Shown: piece by piece, positions 63,237 to 64,000 of the stretch
Numbering within the stretch: the first letter of the stretch is position 1
Layout of the letters: each line of letters starts with the position of its first letter
Assembly: GCA_046347635.1 (NCBI GenBank)
Contig: JAXMFT010000005.1
Coordinates: forward strand, 513 to 64,512
Direction: 5' to 3'
DNA length: 64,000 bases
Origin: Burkholderiales bacterium
GTDB lineage: Bacteria > Pseudomonadota > Gammaproteobacteria > Burkholderiales > SG8-39
Notes under the pieces: generated by a model
What the model saw: only the letters and a program-made list of their open reading frames with translations
The model's database searches: none
What the model was told of the DNA's origin: nothing
Translations under genes and position numbers: made by a program

Positions 63237-64000
63237 CTACTGCCCCTGCCGGTAGCCGTAGCCGTAGTACGCGTTCATGTCGGAGGCGCGCGCCTTGTTG
63301 AGCAGCGTCAGCACCACCGGGCAGCGCTCCACCGTCGCCAGCGCCTGCTTCACCGTGTTGCTGGTGGTCTGGTCGGCCTCCACCACCACCACGATCTGGC
63401 CCATGTGCGTCGCGAGCACCGGCGACTCGGTGGTGAGCAGCAGCGGCGGGGAGTCGAACACGATGATCCGGTCCGGGTAGCGCGAGGCCATCTCGTGCAC
63501 GAGCCGCGTCATCGCCTCGCTCGCCAGCAGTTCCGTGGCGCGCTCGTGCCGCGTGCCGGCCGGCAGCACCGAGAGCTTCTCGACGTTGGTCCGCAGCATC
63601 ACGCCCGACAGGTCGCGCAGCGGGTCGGTCAGCGCGTCGAGCAGCCCGGGCGCCTGCGGCAGCCCGAGGATCTCGAGCACCGACGGGTTGGCGACGTCGG
63701 CGTCGACCAGCAGCACGGTGTTGTCGAGCTCCATCGCCATGCTCATTGCGAGGTTGACCGCGCAGAAGCTCTTGCCCTCGCCGGCGAGCGCGCTGGTCAC
63801 CATCACCAGGTTGCCGTCCTTCACGCGCGCGCCGCTCTTGCCCTGCGCGTTCTCCAGCACCGGGCGCTTGATCACCCGGAACTCGCGCGCGATCGGCGTC
63901 TGCGGCGCGTCCGGCGTGACCAGCCCGGCGCGCGCGAGGCGTGCGAGGTCGATCGCGACCCGCGGCGTCGCGGGCGCGTCTTCCGCCCGGGGCAGGCCCG
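63237..64000 (-). CDS. Chain-length-determinant tyrosine autokinase (EpsG-like), C-terminal part; 5' end beyond window edge
   Basis: ORF 63237..63875 stays open upstream to the window end (...TPDAPQTPIAREFRVIKRPVL). VMVTSALAGEGKSFCAVNLA (Walker A), VLLVDADV, RIIVFDSPPLL, Tyr-rich tail NAYYGYGYRQGQ*. Confidence 0.85.
   Translation of the reverse strand, partial: GLPRAEDAPATPRVAIDLARLARAGLVTPDAPQTPIAREFRVIKRPVLENAQGKSGARVKDGNLVMVTSALAGEGKSFCAVNLAMSMAMELDNTVLLVDADVANPSVLEILGLPQAPGLLDALTDPLRDLSGVMLRTNVEKLSVLPAGTRHERATELLASEAMTRLVHEMASRYPDRIIVFDSPPLLLTTESPVLATHMGQIVVVVEADQTTSNTVKQALATVERCPVVLTLLNKARASDMNAYYGYGYRQGQ

Noticed and set aside
1-64000. Looked for rRNA/tRNA genes, CRISPR repeat arrays, IS elements or integrases, and sigma-54 (TGGCAC-N5-TTGC) promoters in the main intergenic regions (891-1641, 24653-24856, 40632-40764, 41798-42064, 63195-63236)
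   Set aside because: Nothing convincing was found by eye. A TGGCAT at complement ~24731 lacks a correctly spaced TTGC. A proper scan (tRNAscan, CRISPR finder, PWM search) would be needed to exclude them.

Overview
High-GC (~70%) proteobacterial chromosome segment. Family names below come from hand reading and memory of family signatures, since no searches were run.

The backbone is a nearly complete exosortase A (XrtA) / PEP-CTERM-type exopolysaccharide locus, almost all on the minus strand.
- The core block at 46.7-64 kb is fully intact and tightly packed, with many ATGA/GTGA overlaps. It holds a partial EpsG-like tyrosine kinase, an outer-membrane barrel, a secretion-type ATPase, WecB, a polysaccharide deacetylase, a FemAB-like protein, several GT4 enzymes, an XrtA-EpsI fusion, an AsnB-type amidotransferase, DgkA and a CapK/PaaK-like ligase.
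- The locus-type priming sugar transferase sits at the far left edge (1-890).

Between these lie accessory insertions:
- a 3.4-3.5k-codon lipase-like/RTX/cadherin-like giant gene with a coupled lipoprotein gene
- a ParE/RelE-antitoxin pair whose toxin carries a nonsense codon
- an HprK-related kinase + PqqD-like + nucleotidyltransferase module, split by an AAA ATPase and a truncated BrnT cassette
- VanZ, a beta-helix protein, a GT4 and a flippase
- an intact vapBC pair
- a ~14-kb lower-GC cassette (24.65-38.7 kb) in which every recognisable gene (methyltransferases, GT4s, Kelch-like lipoproteins, sulfatase-like, acyltransferase-3, fused MFS/spermidine-synthase-like) is broken into shifting frames.

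Frame disruptions also hit several accessory genes outside the cassette, but none of the core genes. I cannot tell from sequence alone whether this is real decay, mixed-population consensus or indel-type assembly error.

Many long ORFs in the supplied track are high-GC read-through or antisense artefacts. No rRNA, tRNA, CRISPR array, transposase or integrase, PEP-CTERM substrate gene or PrsK/PrsR-type regulator was recognised. Frame-switch coordinates are hand estimates (about +/-15 nt).
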